DNA from: Pseudidiomarina andamanensis | GTDB lineage: Bacteria; Pseudomonadota; Gammaproteobacteria; Enterobacterales; Alteromonadaceae | Direction of reading: 5' to 3' | Length of the DNA: 32,000 nt | Assembly (NCBI RefSeq): GCF_009734345.1 | Contig: NZ_CP032551.1 | Location: 30,001-62,000, forward strand | Shown: positions 29,464 through 32,000 of the stretch, piece by piece | Layout: each line of letters starts with the position of its first letter | How positions within the stretch are numbered: the stretch's first letter is position 1 | Position numbers and translations under genes: made by a program | Notes under the pieces: model-generated | Database searches by the model: none | The model's input: the letters and a program-made list of their open reading frames with translations, nothing else | What the model was told of the DNA's origin: nothing

Positions 29464-31488
29464 ATGCAGCCGGAATTTACTGAGGTTCAGCGCTTTTTAC
29501 TCGATTGCCCACCGTTTGACGAACTAACCGGTGAACAGCGCCAGTGGGTGGCGCAGAACATTGATGCCGCTTATGTCAATGAGCACAACGTGGATGCACT
29601 GTTTAAGCAACACAGCCCGGCGCTTTATATTGTGCGCTCTGGCGGCTTTGATTTGCTTGCGCCCGATGGGCATTTGATTGAGCGTTTAGAGTCACATGAC
29701 TTATTTGGCTTTCCATCGCTGCTAAGCGGGCGGCCTGTGGTGAATAAGCTCAAGGTGATTGAAGATGGGATTATCTATATTGTCTCGGCGGCGATGTTCG
29801 ATAAATTGCGCCAAAACGTGCGCGCCTTCGAACAATACTTCATTCGCGCCCACGGCCAACGCCTGCTAAGCGAAGTAGCCCGGCGTTCTCCTCGTGAGGT
29901 AGGGCCGGGACGTGGCGAAGCCACGGTTAATGCTGATGCGAGTAATAATCGCGATTTTAATGAAACGGAGAGATTAACCGCTAGCGCGTCCCGGCCTGCA
30001 GTGACAGAAAAGTCGCCGGGCTACGACACCCTCGAGCTTACCATTGCGGAAGTGATTAGCCGCGAGCCGGTGACGGTATCCAGCACAGCCTCTATCCGCG
30101 AGGCCGCCGAGCTGATGCGCGACGAAAAAGTCTCATCGGTGATGGTTACAGGTGCAGTCCAAGGTCTGACCCCCAAGGAGGGGGCAGACCTTGGACTGCA
30201 CCCCACCTCCTCCAAACTCTTCGGCATTCTCACCGACCGCGATTTAAGAAACCGCGTCATCGCTCAAGGCCTAAGCTACGACATTCAAGTGAATGCGGTG
30301 ATGACCCAAGCACCGGCAACGGTCTACGGGCGGCAAACGCTGATGGATGCGCTGACGTTAATGACCCAGCATAATATTCACCATCTGCCTGTGCTAAACG
30401 ATGACGACCAGCCAATCGGCATGATCACCAATACCGATTTGATGCGCCAACAGCGCAGCGAACCGGTGATGTTGATTAGTGCTATCAATAAGGCTGAAAC
30501 ACGCGAGCAACTAGTCGCAGAAGCTCAGCATATTCCGGCTTATATGCAGACGTTTGCGGCGCGCGTTCATGACACCACTATGGTGGGGCGTCTGTTAGCG
30601 TCGTTAACCGATAGTATGACCCGTAAGTTGATTAGCCTCTTTGAACAAGACCATGGCGTTGCGCCAAGTGCGTACTGTTGGATAGCGTTCGGCTCACAAG
30701 GCCGTGAAGACCAAGTGCTCAGCTCGGATCAAGACAATGGATTGTTGCTAGGCAATGGCTTGAACGAGCAACAACGTGAATGGTTTAAGGGGCTTGGCGA
30801 ATATGTCTGCACCGGCTTAAATGAATGCGGTATTCCGCTGTGCCCTGGCGATATCATGGCGTCGAACCCTGATTGCCGACGCACGCTAGACGGCTGGCTT
30901 GACCGCTTCCATACCTGGACCGAGAGCCCAACACCGAAAGCCCTCATGTACTGTCAGATATTCTTCGATTCACGCATGGTGCACGGCAATAAGCGTTTGT
31001 ATCAGCGCTATCGTGACGAAGTTGCCAAACTTGGCAAGAACGAGTTTTTCTTGGGCAATTTGGCACGCTTACAAGTGAGCGTTCAAGTGCCATTGGGATT
31101 ATTCAATCGCTTCCGTGGCACAGAATCTGGGAAAGATAGCGATTTGATTAACATAAAGCGCTACGGCATTGCGCTGATTAATGACATTGTGCGCATCTAT
31201 TCGTTGCAAGCAGGGCTTACGGTACCGCAAACATTAATGCGACTTGAGCAGCTGCGTGGCAGTAATCTATTGAACCGTAAGGATAACCAATCGTTGGGAG
31301 AAGCATGGCAGTTTTTAACCCAACTGCGGCTGCAGCATCAATTAAATATTTGGGGTACCGATAAATCGAAGAACGCTTTAGACCCTGATGAACTCAGTAC
31401 CTTGACCCGCCGACAATTAAAAACTGCATTTCGAATTATTAAAGATTGCCAGCAAGGCGTTGGTTTGAAGTTCGGGCGTATTGGCTAA
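29464..31488 (+). CDS. Cyclic-nucleotide-binding / tandem CBS / DUF294 nucleotidyltransferase protein
   Basis: 674 aa. N-terminal cNMP-binding-like domain; CBS pair (GILTDRDLRNRV, GMITNTDLMRQQ); Pol-beta-type NTase motif AFGSQGREDQVLSSDQDNGLL; C-terminal DUF294_C-like helical domain. It carries two apparent extra segments (see findings). Confidence 0.85.
   Translation: MQPEFTEVQRFLLDCPPFDELTGEQRQWVAQNIDAAYVNEHNVDALFKQHSPALYIVRSGGFDLLAPDGHLIERLESHDLFGFPSLLSGRPVVNKLKVIEDGIIYIVSAAMFDKLRQNVRAFEQYFIRAHGQRLLSEVARRSPREVGPGRGEATVNADASNNRDFNETERLTASASRPAVTEKSPGYDTLELTIAEVISREPVTVSSTASIREAAELMRDEKVSSVMVTGAVQGLTPKEGADLGLHPTSSKLFGILTDRDLRNRVIAQGLSYDIQVNAVMTQAPATVYGRQTLMDALTLMTQHNIHHLPVLNDDDQPIGMITNTDLMRQQRSEPVMLISAINKAETREQLVAEAQHIPAYMQTFAARVHDTTMVGRLLASLTDSMTRKLISLFEQDHGVAPSAYCWIAFGSQGREDQVLSSDQDNGLLLGNGLNEQQREWFKGLGEYVCTGLNECGIPLCPGDIMASNPDCRRTLDGWLDRFHTWTESPTPKALMYCQIFFDSRMVHGNKRLYQRYRDEVAKLGKNEFFLGNLARLQVSVQVPLGLFNRFRGTESGKDSDLINIKRYGIALINDIVRIYSLQAGLTVPQTLMRLEQLRGSNLLNRKDNQSLGEAWQFLTQLRLQHQLNIWGTDKSKNALDPDELSTLTRRQLKTAFRIIKDCQQGVGLKFGRIG
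30151..30202. repeat. 52-nt near-perfect palindrome inside the CDS (18-bp plus 5-bp stem, 1-nt bulge, 5-nt loop)
   Basis: GGTGCAGTCCAAGGTCTG-A-CCCCC-AAGGA-GGGGG-CAGACCTTGGACTGCACC read directly. It is translated in frame as GAVQGLTPKEGADLGLH. Confidence 0.9.
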
Positions 31489-32000
31489 TGTGGGATTTAG
31501 TCAAACGCTGGTGGCGGACGCATCAAGCTCGAAAAAAGGCGTGGACGGAACATCGCTATATTGCACTTGATATTGAAACCAGCGGGTTAGATCCTGCAAC
31601 CGATCAGATATTGGCGATTGCGTGGGTTGAGGTAGCACCGCCAGTGATTCATTATACAACCGGGCGCTACTATCTTATTGACCACGATGAGACTGATTTG
31701 AAGCAGTCTCCGGTTATTCACGGACTCGTCAAGAAGGACTTCATTGAGACCTCACAACTGTGTGATGTGATGGCACAACTTTCTGAACAGTTGAATAACA
31801 AAATATTAATTTGTCATCATATACAACTTGATTGGCGGTTTCTTAAACAGGCAGCCAAGCGGTGTGATATTGAACTTTCTCCTCTCGCGTTATTTGATAC
31901 GTTGGCATTTGAGGCTAGCCGATTAAAGCGTCAACAACATCATATTCAACGTGGCTCTTTAACCCTCACAGCCTGCCGCTCAAGGTATGGTCTCCCCGAA
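31488..32000 (+). CDS. DnaQ-like 3'-5' exonuclease (DEDD family; DNA polymerase III epsilon-like), 3' end outside the window
   Basis: It is absent from the ORF track because no stop falls within the window. The ATG overlaps the upstream stop (TAATG at 31486-31490), and the frame is open to nt 32000. ExoI motif IALDIETSGLDP; ExoII-like segment ICHHIQLDWRFL. Confidence 0.8.
   Translation, partial: MWDLVKRWWRTHQARKKAWTEHRYIALDIETSGLDPATDQILAIAWVEVAPPVIHYTTGRYYLIDHDETDLKQSPVIHGLVKKDFIETSQLCDVMAQLSEQLNNKILICHHIQLDWRFLKQAAKRCDIELSPLALFDTLAFEASRLKRQQHHIQRGSLTLTACRSRYGLPE

Overview
This looks like a chromosomal window from a marine gammaproteobacterium. That is an inference from gene content: CrbS/CrbR-type acetate-switch genes, GlyGly-CTERM-like sorting tails and an Oar-like TonB receptor. 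I support 18 protein-coding genes and saw no rRNA, tRNA, CRISPR, transposase or integrase. Gene order: a 5'-truncated GGDEF/EAL protein; a pgsB-pgsC-(PGA system protein) poly-gamma-glutamate operon; a small secreted protein and a porin on the minus strand; an acs-crbR operon; two tandem paralogous secreted S8 subtilases of about 1300-1400 aa (PA domain, NIDO-like module, PKD-like repeats, GlyGly-CTERM-like tails); a small lipoprotein; crbS (SSS-domain hybrid histidine kinase, minus strand); a TonB-dependent receptor; a TPR-sulfotransferase; a DUF4212 plus SSS symporter pair; and a cNMP/CBS/DUF294 nucleotidyltransferase translationally coupled to a DnaQ-like exonuclease that runs off the 3' end. 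Three signals are not explained by the gene list. (1) A family of intergenic elements has 30-nt hairpin arms that are themselves tandem heptamers, (CGTTATT)n facing (CGAATAA)n. It occurs at six sites and often abuts ribosome-binding sites of acetate-switch genes. (2) A 52-nt near-perfect palindrome is read in frame inside the first CBS domain of the DUF294 protein, much like Rickettsia palindromic elements. A second GC-rich palindromic stretch lies in the linker of the same protein. (3) An almost identical hairpin follows both protease paralogues, although the proteins have diverged to roughly half identity. All functional interpretations are inference. Genome-wide repeat scans, HMM searches and transcript mapping would be decisive, and I could not run them.
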